Shown one piece after another: positions 12,182 through 25,454 of a stretch of DNA of 64,000 nt. Origin of the DNA: Ministeria vibrans ATCC 50519 (Eukaryota; Protista; Filasterea); the NCBI GenBank assembly GCA_943704425.1, contig CALSCP010001329.1:1-64000 (forward strand), in the 5' to 3' direction. A program made the translations under genes and the position numbers. The notes beneath the pieces were generated by a model that was not told where the DNA came from, ran no database searches, and saw only the letters and a program-made list of their open reading frames with translations. The first letter of the stretch is position 1, and each line of letters begins with the position of its first letter.

Positions 12182-13879
12182 TTACTCCTCCATTGGCGCA
12201 CTTCCTGTCTTCTTCTTCTCGTCAACAGACTTTTGCACGGCCTCGACAAGTCGCTGTACACTAAACACGGACTGGCCATCAATGCCAAAGTGGCTCAGAA
12301 CCGTCGTAAATTGACCCGAGCGCAGGGCAGACTCGAGTGAGTTCAGTGCCTGCTGAAACTGCGGTGTTCGCACTGTTGTTTGAAGCTCACTCGCGCTCTC
12401 TATGTGTGAAGAAAAGAATTAAAAAAATATTATAATAATTATAATAATAATATTAGTAATTGAATGCTTCTCAAGCAAACCGCCATAATTAATTTTCTCT
12501 CTCGCATACTAAGGTCTTCAGGAAGCAGAGCAATCAGGTCGGCGGACACCTTCTCGTCTTCCATGAGCATTTTCAGAGTGGCCGGTGTAATGATGCTGCT
12601 CAAATCAACGTCTTCGGTACCTGCCGCTGAACTGGTACCTGTACTTCCGCCCGCACCAATGTTCTGCAGAATTTTAGCAAGATCCACAGATGCAAGTGGT
12701 GTGGCAGCTGACGAGGTCGTAGAGGCTGTAGTAGCGGTAGTAGTAGTAGTAGTAGTAGCAGCAGCAGCAGCAGCAGCTGGTGCAGACGCTGATGTTGTTG
12801 TTGTTGCAGTCGCTGGTGTTGTTGTTGTTGCTGATTCTGCGAGTGTCGCTGTTGCCGACGGTGTTGGTGCATCGTCGGTTGTAGGTGCGGGCGCATCGGC
12901 ACTTGTGTCCATGGCAGTTGCGTTGGCGCTGTTTCCGTCGCCCTCGTATCCCTCGTAGAAATCGTCGTCTGCTTCGGCAACGTCGCCGTACATATCACCG
13001 CTAGCACCTTGCAATACATTCTCCAACTGCTGCATGCCTTCCGCTCCGAACATGGCCGCTACCTCCTCGGGAGTCATGCCCAGCTGAGCAGCAAGTCGAG
13101 CGCTATCACCGCCGGGTGCTGCCGCTGTAGCAGTAGAGCCGCCAAGCAAGGCGCCAGGCGCCGGTGGGTCATTCAGAGCTTCGTTCACCTTGTTGCACAG
13201 CTCCTCGTCCTTCTCCTCGTTGGGCTCTTGCATCCAAAAGAACAGCTTGCGACCCGTCGACTCAAAGCGCAGCACATACACTCGCCCCGTCTTGTTGCTC
13301 GTCACCTTCTTAAATTTGGTCTCGGACGGGAAGATGATCAGGTCTTCTTCGTTGTCGGCGGACGTTCGCTCCTTCCAGCAAAAGTGCATCAGCATATCAT
13401 TCGACTGCAAAGAGTCACAGTCGGGAAGACCAAAAAAAAAATATTATTATAACATTCAGGTTTTCTCGCCACGCCCGAGGCTTAGAGCAACCTGGCTTAC
13501 CCTGTGGATGTAAAGAAGACCCTTTCGTGTGTCGGGAGTGACCATTTTGGTCGATTCGCTACAGGGACACGACACAACGAAGCGATAAAACACGTTAGCT
13601 GTCTTTTTTTTTTTTTGAAACAACCCCATCGTCTCAAACCAAATATACAACATGTTAAACAGCACGTCCAAAATGAGTCCATTGGTAATGAAAAGCCCAA
13701 ATCGGGACGAAACAGAGCGAAAGAAGAGGGGCAAAGAGACGAGGAGAGACTGTTCGTGAAACTTCCGCTTCTTCTTCTTACGTGTAATTCATTTTCCCGG
13801 CACGAAACTCCACCAAACGCGAGCTATTTGTGCGTGCGCCACCACCGGCGCGTGCCACAGGATTTCCAAAAAGCGACAT
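12182..13879 (-). CDS. ADRM1: Proteasome ubiquitin receptor Rpn13
   Basis: MSLFG..LVEFRAGKM; VTPDTRKGLLYI; MHFCWKER..EEDLIIFP..GRVYVLRF..LFFWMQEP (Pru domain); C-terminal TPQFQQALNSLESALRSGQ (DEUBAD). Confidence 0.95.
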
Positions 13880-14513
13880 GAGAAAAATTTAATCAAACTT
13901 CAAACTTCAAAGTTGAAAGTAAGAAAATAATTTTTTTAAAATAGTAAAATTGTGGATCTCAACAAAAATGGAAGTGTAACGTACATCGTACTAACGTGGT
14001 CGGCAACTGCCAAGTGAGTACCTGTCAGGGTGTCAGTTCACTCAGTACCAACTCACTGTCCAACTGGTCACTGGTCTGACTGGAAATTTAAAGTTCTAGT
14101 CATTTATTTTTCTTTCTTCTCTCTCTTCCCTCTCTCCTTAATAACTTTCCAAGTAAAATAGTAAAAGTGATTAATAGTAATCTGAGAAGGATGTCTTTGC
14201 TTTACTCTTTGAACTTTTCTTTTTGGCAATTTGACAGTTTTGGAAAAAGAAAAAAAAACTTGTTGGCGCATATATTCTTGAATGTATCGTTTCACGCATT
14301 TTTGCTTTGTATTTCAACAGGCGTTCCACTTGGGCGCTTTTATGTTGTGAATTATTTGCAGTGACGCGCAAATCTTGCCAGAACAGCCAGCGCTTCGCTC
14401 CTGTTTCGTTTTCGTTTTCGTTTTTTCACTTTCGTTTTTGCTTCTTTCGTGTTTGCGACATACACTCAACAGACTCACTCTCGCACGCTCTCTCCCTCAG
14501 GTCTTGTTGCCAA

Positions 14514-17500
14514 ATGAACGGTCAAATACTACCCAAAGAGGACGTTGATAAGGCGTTCCTCGATTTGCCTTGTACGTAAAGAGATGATGGAGCGAACGCT
14601 TCGCCGACGCGTCGGTCAATTTTTAATGTTAATTACTTTTTTAGACATTGTGAAACAAGTTGAAGACGACGCGCGCCCAAGCGTCGAATTGGTTGAAGCG
14701 ACCATCAACAGCATCAATGCAATTCTTCCAGCCCTTGGTCATCGCACCGATCCTGCCAGCTTGTACTTGGTGCAAGACTGTGGCATTCGTCTTTTCAACA
14801 GTGCCATTGTGTTTACCGAAAGCAAAAGCGTCGCGTCGCTCGCCAATGCCAACTGTGCGTATTCCCGCTCTTCTGCTGCTATCTCGCATTGTTTGTGCCG
14901 CAATCAAAAGATCCAGTTGTTAACACTCGTGTGTGCCTGTAGTACGCCAGGTTGCGTGCCATCTTGTGTGGCTGTCCAACAAACTGAACGATGACGACGC
15001 CTCGATTGAGCAAAACGCACGTCTCGCCATGAAGACTGGCAAAAGCTTCCTAGGTAACCCCATAATGATGTTCGTATATATATATATATATATTGTTCCA
15101 TGCACAATTGTCTTTTTTCTTCGCAGAATGCCAAGCCTATAGCGAGGCTAGTCGCACCATGGAAATGGCCTCAAAGGTGAGAAAGGAAAAAGCAACACAA
15201 CCATAAAAATAAGATATAAACCCTGTATAATATTGTTTTATTATTATTGTAAATGTATTTATTTTGCAGTTTTGGGACTCTCTTCTTCGAAGTCACCTGC
15301 GAGAACACAATGATGGTGACGTTCAAGGCATGATGATGTCGTCCGAGCGCGGTCAGCTTGGCTTTGAGATCTTGACTCTGAAAGCGGAAGCGGTTCGAAA
15401 TGAATTAATATAATTTTTATAATAATACTATTATTGTCGTGTTTTGACATTCAGAACAGCTCTTTATTTCTATAATTGGGTTGTATTCTTCTTTTTCTAT
15501 AATATAATAAATTAATAAGACGTGATGGGTTGTTCTTCTTCTTATTATTTAATTCTTTTCTCTCTTCTCTCACAGGATTGGAGCGTTCGACGTCGAGACA
15601 TTTGCGTTCCCACCATGGGACAAGTTCGCTCACTTCTTCGCTTGCTTCCCGAAGAGGTAAACGAAGGTTCAATAGAGGATGACATAATTATTATTGTTTT
15701 TGTTGACTTTAGAACAGCCTTCGATCTTTGGCCGTGACCGAAGTTCTCTCGCAACTGCACAATTTTGGGTGTGACATGTACAACGAAAAAGCATTCAGCG
15801 ATGCCATCCTGTGGCTCACGTAAGACAAGTGCACAGTTAAATTAAGTTCTATATATTATGTATTTACGATTGACATTATTATATTTTCGCAGGCAGAGCG
15901 TTGAAATTTCGCGCGAATGGCCAAATTCATCCAAACGCAGCACACGTCCCCTGGTATTCTATAATTATAACGTTCCTAGATCCGAATCGCATTCTATCAT
16001 ATCACCGTCGACTCACTTTTCAACTATAGCACAAGACATTGCAACTTTTGGCGGCGGCTCAGCTTGATTCTGGAGTGGAAGGGTCACAAGAGCGCGCGCT
16101 AAATGCCATTGTGGAGGCAAACGCGGTAAGAAAGAAAATTGATTCAACAATAATAATTATTATTATAATAATAATAATAATAATAATTAATTATTTTATT
16201 ATTATTATTAAATATTTTATTATTATTATTATTGTTATTATTATTATTATTGTACACTATATTTCATTTTGATTGACGTCCTGGAACTTTTTTTTACAGC
16301 TGACCGAGACCTGTGAAGGCCGAATCCTTGAAGTTCGCGCTCTTCTTGAAGCCATTGGATCCGGAACAGTGCACGCAGTGTCGCGCGATGATGTCCAGCT
16401 GGGTACATACAGAAAATAATATGAGAACTATACATATTTTTATTGTTACCGTAGCAATTGACAAGTACCTTGAGATGAGCGACATCGAGGTGACAATCAG
16501 TGATGGAATAAAGCTGGTGCGCCATTTGTCAAACCATGTCGACTTCGCCGAGATGGCGCGTGAGACCCTTGCCATTCTCCAGGTAGCTGCTATATAATAA
16601 GAAAAATAAATGAATAATAATTAATAATAAGAATAGTTACTGATAATCATAATCATAATAATCTATTGTTACAGGGGCGCTTTGAAAAGAAACCGGGTGT
16701 CATTAAGCTGTACTCGCTTGACTTTGAGCTCCTGACACGCTGCTCTGCCACGCGCAATGAAGAGAAAGCTGTGCAGCTGCTTGACACGGTTCTTGCGGGT
16801 AAAAATAGAATAATAAGAAAAATAGTAATAATAATACTAATAACAACAATAATAATAACAACAACAACAATAATAATAATTGTTATTATTATTAATAATG
16901 GACTTGCTCTCAACACAAACAACTGCTTATAATTATTTCGGTAGAGGGAAGTTCTCTTCGTGCTCTGCTTAAAGGCAACTCGAAGAACATTCAACTAGGA
17001 GTGTGGCATCTAGCAGACAAAGCAGTCAAGGTACAGATCACTTTCTCACAATTTTTTTTGCAAAAGAATGCTCGCATACACTGCAGTGGAAGAAATAAGA
17101 AAATAAATAGAGAATCGAGAGCTGTACTCAAAATAATAATAATAATTATTATTCTTCGTTTTACCAAGGCAAATGACTTTGTCGCGGCTCTTCAGTGGGA
17201 TGAGTATGCGCTTCGACTTCTCAATCTCGAGCAGGCTCCTGACACAGAGGCGCGTTCAAAACTGCTTCGGTACGTCATGTTGCTAGCAACGAAAATATTG
17301 TTGTCGAATAAAATTCATATTATTGTTGAATATTGAAGGAGCAAAGCAGCGTGTCTGTTGCGCATGGAACAGACAGATCTCGCTCGATCTGTTGCACGTC
17401 AGGCGATTGAGCTTGATTCCAGTAAAAAATACAATTAATAAGAAAAAAATATACGTAGTAAATTGATAATAATAATTATATTATTAATTATTATTATTAT

Positions 17501-17656
17501 AATCGTATCTTCTTTTTGTAGGCAGCCAAGATGCTCATTTCATGCTGTTCAAAATCGAACTACATTGTAAAAATGACTCAGAAGGTAATAATATTATAAT
17601 ATTATAATAATAATAATAATAATAAAATAATAAAAATAATAATAATAAAATAATAA

Positions 17657-17701
<45 letters not shown>

Positions 17702-20366
17702 ACTAATGATTTTAATCAAGAAGAATGAAAAACAAAGCACCCCGAAAAAGTTACTAAAACTTTCTTACAGCGGTTGAAGCTCTGCAGCACATGTGCGCGT
17801 CGGCTACAAACGATAATCTGAGCAATCTCGTGCGACTTGCAGCGCAACTTGCCAACGAATCCTCGTGCCATCAAGCCACAATTGAAGGCCTCGATCTCAT
17901 TCTGAAGCGCGCTCCTGAGTCTGTTGAAAAGGTTGCCACGAAAATTCTTATTATCATTATCATTATCATTAGTATCATTATCATTATTGTTATCATAATA
18001 ATTATTACTATTATTATTATTATTATTAATTTCTTCTCTTGGTAGCTACCATTACTAATATTATTGGGTTGTAATTGTTCTTCTTGGCAGTGCACTCGTT
18101 TGACCATTTTGCGTTGTCTTATGCGAGCCCGTATGCCGTCCACAACGGCGCAAGAGACAGCCGACGCGGCTATTGCTCTCTACCCTCCGTATCTTCAGAT
18201 GGGTACATTTATACACTAGAAGCAAAACAACGTCAATAATAAATAATATAATTTATAACAGCAATTGGCTGTCTTGCGAGTGCAAAGAAAGACACCGACT
18301 TTGCCAAACTTGAGTCACGCCTCGCCAAAGAAGCTATGTGGTTCTTTCGCCTCGGTACGTAACAAATCAAACCAAAACAGCAACAAGAATCGACAATATT
18401 AATATTGTTACTATTAATATTCTACTTTTTTTCGATTTTAGCTTGGACTTTGTCATTGCGCGTTGGACAAAGCCAGGAAAATAATCGTACTGTTTTTCGC
18501 GCTCTTCTCAGTGCATGTGATGATGTAAACACACACAGAGAAAACAGAAAAACCCGTCTGCTAATTTTATCTCTTGCCGTACTTATGATTGTCTCCCTTC
18601 TAGCTCGCTGAGCATGTTGTTGACACACCACTGGTGCGCAGTGTGCGACACCATGCACTGTTTCTTCTCTGTCACGCACACGCTATACAGGGGCGAAAGC
18701 ACCTCAAAGATGGCCTTTCTGCCACGGTAAGTTACAAAAAATAAGACATCAAAAAACCGTCAATGATTTGATAAGGATTATAATAATAATCATAATAATC
18801 GCAATAAAATAGTTAATAATAATAGTCATCAATATCATCATCATAGTAATTAAACTGGGTTTAATTATTATAGTTATTTTTATTCGTTATTATTATTTCC
18901 ATTTCTCATACTTTTCTTCTTATAATTAGATGGAAATTGAGTTTGAGCGTGTACTCCTTTGTGCCAAGAAGTGGCGTGCTTGGTAAGCTAATTCTAAAAT
19001 AAGTAAATTAGTCTTTTAGCTAGCAATACGTATCCGGGTTATAGTCAATGCTCCAAATTATTCATACTCTCTTTGAAAAAATCTTCTTCTGTGTTGTTGT
19101 AATAATTACCATTAATTGTAGCGGGGCCGGCGTCGCGCCAAAGGTCGCCCAGAACGTGAACAGTGCAGAACACGCTGAGACAAGCAGAGCGACAGTTGCA
19201 ATTGGCAAGCCTACGTCTTCAACTGACGACAAGGAAAGTGCCCCTTCTACAGCTGTACCACCACCAGTTGCCGCAGTGCGTATTCTAGTTACCTTGGAAA
19301 TGTCTTCTTCATCATGATCAATAAAATATAATTTAGGTGAACGAGCCCCTGTCGTGCATTCTGGTGCTGGAAGCGGAGGCCAAAGTTGCGTTGCGCCACA
19401 CGGATCTGATGGTGTTTGTCAAGGTAAACGATTATACTATAAAATAATAATAATAATCAAAATAATAATATTAATAAATTTATTTACTATTAATTTATTA
19501 TTAATGAGTTTTTACTTCTTTTTGTTCTCTTTCTTCTTCGGTAGAGCGTTGTTGAAGAAAGCGGCGTTGGTTCCAAATTTCTAGAAACGATTGCTACCAC
19601 TTTGTCGCGAAAGGCCTCACAGTATTTGCAAGGTGAGAGCGCTTGATAAAATTAATTAACATTCCTTTTCATCAATAATATTATTTCTCTTTTAGAATCG
19701 CTCCTGCTGCTTGAAGCTGCCAGCAAGCGCCATTTTCTTCAAGTATGAGTGAGATAAAGCAAATCAAATGACGACTGATCAAGAAAATGTAGGGGGCGAG
19801 TGCAGATCAACTCCAACTTGCCAACACAATGCGACGTTTGATTGCCCTCAAGTTGGATGCGCAACTCATGACGGATGCATACAAGCACGCGCAAGAACTT
19901 CTTGCTCACATTCGTGCGCTACCGCCGGTATATATCATTCTTATTATTTTATATTTATAATCGAAATTAGTGTAAATCACATCATTAATTTTGGGGTTCC
20001 TTTATAGAAACTTTATTCTGAGACAGAAGTGATCTGGTTCACTTGCAAGGTAGCCAATGATCGATGAGAAGTATGATTAATTATGTCTTTAATTTGTTTG
20101 TTTAATTTAAATGTTGGCAGTCGTGGAATACGGGCATTGACAGTCTTCAGCATGCGCGTCGATCCGAAGGAATTCGCTGGTGTGAGTTGGCTCTCAATGC
20201 TGCTGAGCTCCTGGTGGACGTCAAAATGGCGTACAAACCTCGACTTGTGTCGGTAAGAAGAAAGAAGAGTGTGCAGATGTTGAAGCGCAACAAAAAGGTA
20301 CCAGAATTCATCCAAATAACACTAATATTAATTTAGTACTTCAGCGAGATTTGTGCCGCCGAGTGA
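14514..20366 (+). CDS. TEX11: Meiotic TPR protein TEX11/ZIP4/SPO22, about 30 exons (ends approximate)
   Basis: Exons give LRQVACHL..LAMKTGKSFL; NFGCDMYNEKAFSDAILWL; VWHLADKAVKANDFVAALQWDEYAL; SKLLRSKAACLL; ETEVIWFTCKSWNTGI..RWCELAL, which resembles the TEX11 C-terminal EILWLMVKSWNTG motif. Confidence 0.85.
17585..17705. repeat. (TAA)n intronic microsatellite, one of many in TEX11 introns
   Basis: Directly visible. Confidence 0.95.
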
Positions 20367-21016
20367 AATTAAATATTATTATTGCTTTTTTGCGTGTGGC
20401 TTTGTTGATTTTCCTATTTGTGGTGTGGTCGAGAACAAAACATTATTATTATTTTTAGAATTATTTAATAATAATTATTATTATTATTATTATTATTATC
20501 AATTTTTCCCGAATAAAAAAAGAAGAAAAATAAACTGTGTGACTGCAGTGACTGTGATGATTGATATTAGTAATAATTATTATGAATGTCTCTGTCACTC
20601 TATATGAAGTGTGACTGTTAAAACCACCGTGAGATCACTTGAAGCAGGCTGCAGTACGGAAGCAGTACGTTGAGACTACCGTCGAACAGACTTGAGACTG
20701 ACGACAGTGGTCTCATGGATCACTCATCTGTGAACCACAGGAGTGACAGGACTAGACTGTGAGTGGACTAACTGTGTGTGTGAAAGCCAACCTCCTTATT
20801 CCCTCCTAGGATAATGTTGAAATTCGAATAGTGGGTCAATAATTTATTTATATATTATATATATATGTGAGCTACTGTGAGCTTCTTTCGGGACGTGGTT
20901 GTCTAGAAGCCTACGACGAAAGTACGGAGTATTGTATTGCTCTTTGTGTTGGATCATAAATTATAAATTTAATAATAATAATTTTTTGTTATACTTTCGC
21001 AATTCACACTATTATC

Positions 21017-22495
21017 ATGACCACTCTTGAAGAATTCCTGGGAACCTGTCGCACTGCACTGAATAAAAGCATCTCACTGGGCGAAGACGACCGAGCGGCC
21101 ACTAGAGACAACACTGTGCTGCGCGTTGTGTTAGGCAATGAATCGGCTGATCTTGATTCGGCCATCTCGGCGCTTGCTCTCGCCTACACACTGTCTTTGA
21201 AGGGACCTCTTCACATTCCCGGTACATAGCAGCAGCTAAACACCCCCTTTTTTTTGTGTTTCTGATCAATGTGTTGCTGCCAGTTGTCAACATTCCGCTT
21301 GCCGACGCTCGCCTTCGACCCGAATACACCGTTGTGCTTGGCGACGCGCAGTGTACTTGTGCCATGGTGAGACACAGTCGTGGCGTTGAAGAGAAGACAT
21401 GAACGCTCGCCTTTGCTTTGTAGCTACTCTTTGTGGACGAGTTGGACTTGGCAAGGTTGCACGACGAGGGACGACTTGAGCTCACACTGGTGGACCACAA
21501 CACACCGGCGGTTGCGTCGCAGAGACAGCTGGCGGCGGATGTGGTGGAGATTGTGGATCATCACGTTGATATGGGCGAGTGTGAGAAGGCAACGCGACGC
21601 GAAATTGACATGGTTGGGAGTTGTTCGACGCTTGTTGCCGAACGATTATTATCGCTCGAGGCTGCTGCTCCCCCCGGCCTTGTGCCTCTTGCAAGTGCAC
21701 TACTAGACGTGATTGTGATTGATACGGTTGCTTTGAGTCGCGACAATGGACGGACGACCGATCGCGACGTGAGCGTTGCTGCGCGGCTCGCTGCCTTGAT
21801 CAGCGACACGCCTGTGGCCGACCTACAAGCTTTGTACACGGCCTGCTTTAAGCGAGTGAGCGCCGCCAAGGAAGACATTTCATCGCTGACAGTTGACGAG
21901 TTACTACGCAAGGACTACAAGCAGATTGAGGGTGGAAACGACGGAGCGATCAAGGTATGTGTTTTTTGTGTTGTTTGTATGTGTGTGTGTGTGTTGTTTG
22001 TATGTGTGTGTGTGTGTGTGTGTGTTTTATGTACGTGTCTCTGTCTCTGTGTTGTCTGTTTGTAATCGTATGCTATTGCGTTTGTAACGGTGCATGTTCT
22101 CATTGGTGTGCATGTTTTTTATTTTTTAGGTTGGAATGGCGTCGGTGGCCGCCTCGCTCGAGCAACTCGCCTTGAGAGGCGCCTCTGCCGACTCAGTCGT
22201 GTCGGCTCTCAGTGCCTTCTGCGAGCGGCGTGGTCTTGCAGTGCTTGTGGTGATGACGACCACAACAGTCCCAGTATTTTCACGCGAGATTCTGTTTGTG
22301 ACAGCACATCTGGCGTCCGAGACGGCCCTCTGGCGGTTTGTCGAGGAGCGACTGGTTGAGCAACTGTCGCTGGTTCCTCTGAAGGACACTCCCGTTGCCT
22401 TTGTTGCACCTCACATGCGTTCCTATGATCAGCTGAATGTCAAGGCGTCACGAAAAGTTGTGCTTCCGCTTATGCGTGAGTTTGTAGCCAAGTAA
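21017..22495 (+). CDS. Exopolyphosphatase PRUNE/PPX1 (DHH family)
   Basis: VVLGNESADLDSAISA, LVDHN, IVDHH, VGSCSTLV, LLRKDYK, ASRKVVLP. Confidence 0.93.
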
Positions 22496-22885
22496 CAAAA
22501 TCGATCAAATCAATGTACTCTATGATTGATGGGTGCTTCATATTTTTCTTGGGGCTAGCCCATGGCGGAAATCTTCATTGTATTATTGCTGAATTCTGTA
22601 AGCTTTTCCCTTCATTTTATTCCAATATGAGTGACATATAATGTCAATAGTTACTATTGAAGAAGAGTAAGAATTAAAAAGGTATACTATCTCGTAGTAA
22701 AATTATATTATATATAATATTATAATTACAGCACCCGCCCGAATTGAAACAATACAAGCATCAAGCGTAGACAAGCTGATTAGCTGAGTAGTGAGTTATG
22801 AGTTATGAGCGAGGATCTTCATTCTTTAATCTTCAAAAAGATAGTCGCAACTCAGATTTAATACAATCATTTTCAACTTCAACTT

Positions 22886-23344
22886 ATGGTACGTGCACAC
22901 TACTGTCAGTGGAGCCCGCTATGTTTCGTCACACTTTTCGTTTTGCAGCCGTCCGATTTGGAGCGAGCGGCGCTCTTTCTCGAGAGTCAAGGGTTAACCA
23001 TCGATGAGATCGAGTCATCCCTGGAAATGCTCTCGTCCGTCTCGGTCGTAGAGCTGTTTCCGTTTGTCGTCAAGCACCAGGCGGCTCTAGCACGGCCCGA
23101 TCGTGTTGCTGTCTTCCAGCTTGGCTCTGAATACTTTCCGCCCGAGGAGGTACACTTCTTGGTGTATTTTTGGATCGACTGCGTTGTTCATCTGTTGTTC
23201 TTTTTTGGCACACAGGACGACGATGGGCTGGGGCTGCATGCTCGATTTACGGCAGCGTATGGGGCACTCCAGCTGGTAGTTGAGCACGGCATCGAGTGGC
23301 TGCGCCAATACGTCCAGAGCATCATTGACGCAAGTGCTGTCTGA
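22886..23344 (+). CDS. Hypothetical acidic protein (about 110 aa)
   Basis: ATG|GTACGT intron 22889-22948, second intron 23150-23215; product MPSDLERAALFLESQG..WLRQYVQSIIDASAV. Confidence 0.55.
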   Translation: MVRAHYCQWSPLCFVTLFVLQPSDLERAALFLESQGLTIDEIESSLEMLSSVSVVELFPFVVKHQAALARPDRVAVFQLGSEYFPPEEVHFLVYFWIDCVVHLLFFFGTQDDDGLGLHARFTAAYGALQLVVEHGIEWLRQYVQSIIDASAV

Positions 23345-23493
23345 CTGTGACAGAGGACGCGAACTTCGCACCTCATTACTCTGTAAAATTGTACACCATC
23401 CTCGACTTGTTCTCTTAGGGAGCGAGAAGCCTTTGAAATGTATATTATAACGACACCATGAATAAAAACAAAAAAAAAAAACAAACTGGGCTT

Positions 23494-23987
23494 CTACTGA
23501 ATGACACCAAATTTACGACCGACGTCGATGAAGGCATCGACGCACTCGTCGACCTGCTCTGGCGTGTGGGAGGCACTGAGCTGGACACGGATGCGAGCGC
23601 GGCCCTTGGGGACGACGGGGAATGAAAAGCCGACGACGTAGATGCCGCGCTCGAGCATAGCGGCAGCCATGTCGGAGGCAACGCGGGCGTCGTGCAGGAG
23701 CACGGGGCAGATGGGATGGCCCTCGCCGAGCAGCGTGAACCCGGCTGCGACCATGCGTGTCCGGAAGTGCTCGGTGTTGCGGTGCAGCTGTGAAAGGGGC
23801 GAGTCGGCGCCTCCAAGCAGGTCAAACACCGCAAGGGCGGCGCCGACAATGGGCGGGGCCAGTGAGTTGCTAAAGAGGTAAGGACGACCGCGGTTGCGCA
23901 GCAATGTAATGAGCTCACGCGGACCCGTCGTGTACCCGCCTGCAACGCAGCAAGTGGGTGAGTCAGTGAGTAAGTGGATGAGGTCAG

Positions 23988-24042
<55 letters not shown>

Positions 24043-25383
24043 TGTGGCGTACCCGATGCGCCTCCCAGTGCCTTTCCCAAAGTTGAGTTGATAATGTCAA
24101 TCTTCCCTTGCACTCCACAGTACTCGTCCGTTCCCCTACGCCACACACTCCCCTTCAACACACACATACGTACCACAAAAACACATACCACAAAGACACA
24201 CACCACAAACTCTTAACATGCACCCACAACAAAGAATTCACACACTATCCCCCCCCCNNNNNNNNNNCCCTCCCCCTCCCCTCCTTTCTGTACCGTCCAG
24301 TGGCGCCAAAGAGGCCCGTCGCATGACACTCGTCGATAAACACCATTGCGCCATACGACTCCGCCAGCGCACTAATTTCCTTCAGCGGTGCCACATTTCC
24401 ATCCATACTATTATGCAACGTGCAAGTTGTTAATCTCTCTTTGTTTTTTTTCGTCGTCCTCATCCCCTCTCGCTCTCACTTACCTGAACACTCCGTCCGT
24501 TACAATAAGTTTCATTCGTGCTTCTTTGTGCTCAATCAGTTTCTCTTCCAAATCTGCACAAAGAGTGAATACTCAAACACACACACTCTCTCCTCTTTTT
24601 CGATACCCTTCATGTCCTTGTGCTTGTAGCGCGATTTGCGCGCCTTGCACAAGCGAATCCCATCAATGATGCTCGCATGGTTCAGCTCGTCACTGATCAC
24701 TGCATCCTCTGGGGTCAGCAGCGCCTCAAACAGACTACGCAGTCGCACACGCGAGTTAGCAATCGGCTCTTAACCTAGGTGCGTTGCGTTGCAGCCTACT
24801 CCCTACCCTGCGTTCGCATCGAAACACGACGGATACAAAATGGTGTCTTCAGTGCCGTGAAACCGTGAGATCTTCTCCTCAAGCTCCTTGTGGATGTCCT
24901 GCGTGCCACAAATGAAGCGCACACTGCTCAGACCGGCGCCGTGCGTCTCGAGCGCCGTTCGTGCCCCCGCAATCACCGCCGGATGGGAGCTCAGGCCAAG
25001 GTAGTTGTTGGCGCAAAAGTTCAACACAGGCTTGGGAGAGCCTTCGACGACAACCTGTAGGGCGTGGAAGGGAGGGAGGGAGGGAGGGAGGGAGGGAGGG
25101 GGAGCAGTGCGAAACGGCAGAGGGGGGTTGTTCAGAAACGAAAAGAACACATCGGGTGCTGTCGAGCGCTCACCGAACTGCCTTGCATGCCGACGATCAC
25201 ACGCTCGTGCTTCAACGTGCCTGCCTCGCGCATCTCTTCAATCTGCGCAGTCGCCAGGGCGCGCATTGCATCGCGCGGCGTCACACACGCGCGCGAGGTC
25301 GTCGACAGAGAGGCCCGCCCCATCGCCGACAGCAGACAAAGACGTCTTTGCATCCCTTGCATTCCGCCGTACGTTGCCAACAT
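23494..25383 (-). CDS. GCAT: Glycine C-acetyltransferase (2-amino-3-ketobutyrate CoA ligase), mitochondrial
   Basis: [79 protein letters not shown]. Contains an N gap at 24258-24267. Confidence 0.95.
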
Positions 25384-25454
25384 TGCTCCACAATCAAACT
25401 CAAAAGTTCAACAAAAAAAACTTTTCTTTTTATTCATTTTGATTTTTTTCCAAT

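Noticed and set aside
14514-20366. Alternative genetic code or pseudogene explanation for fragmented ORFs
   Set aside because: In the exons I traced, frame breaks are resolved by GT-AG introns; no in-frame stops were needed.
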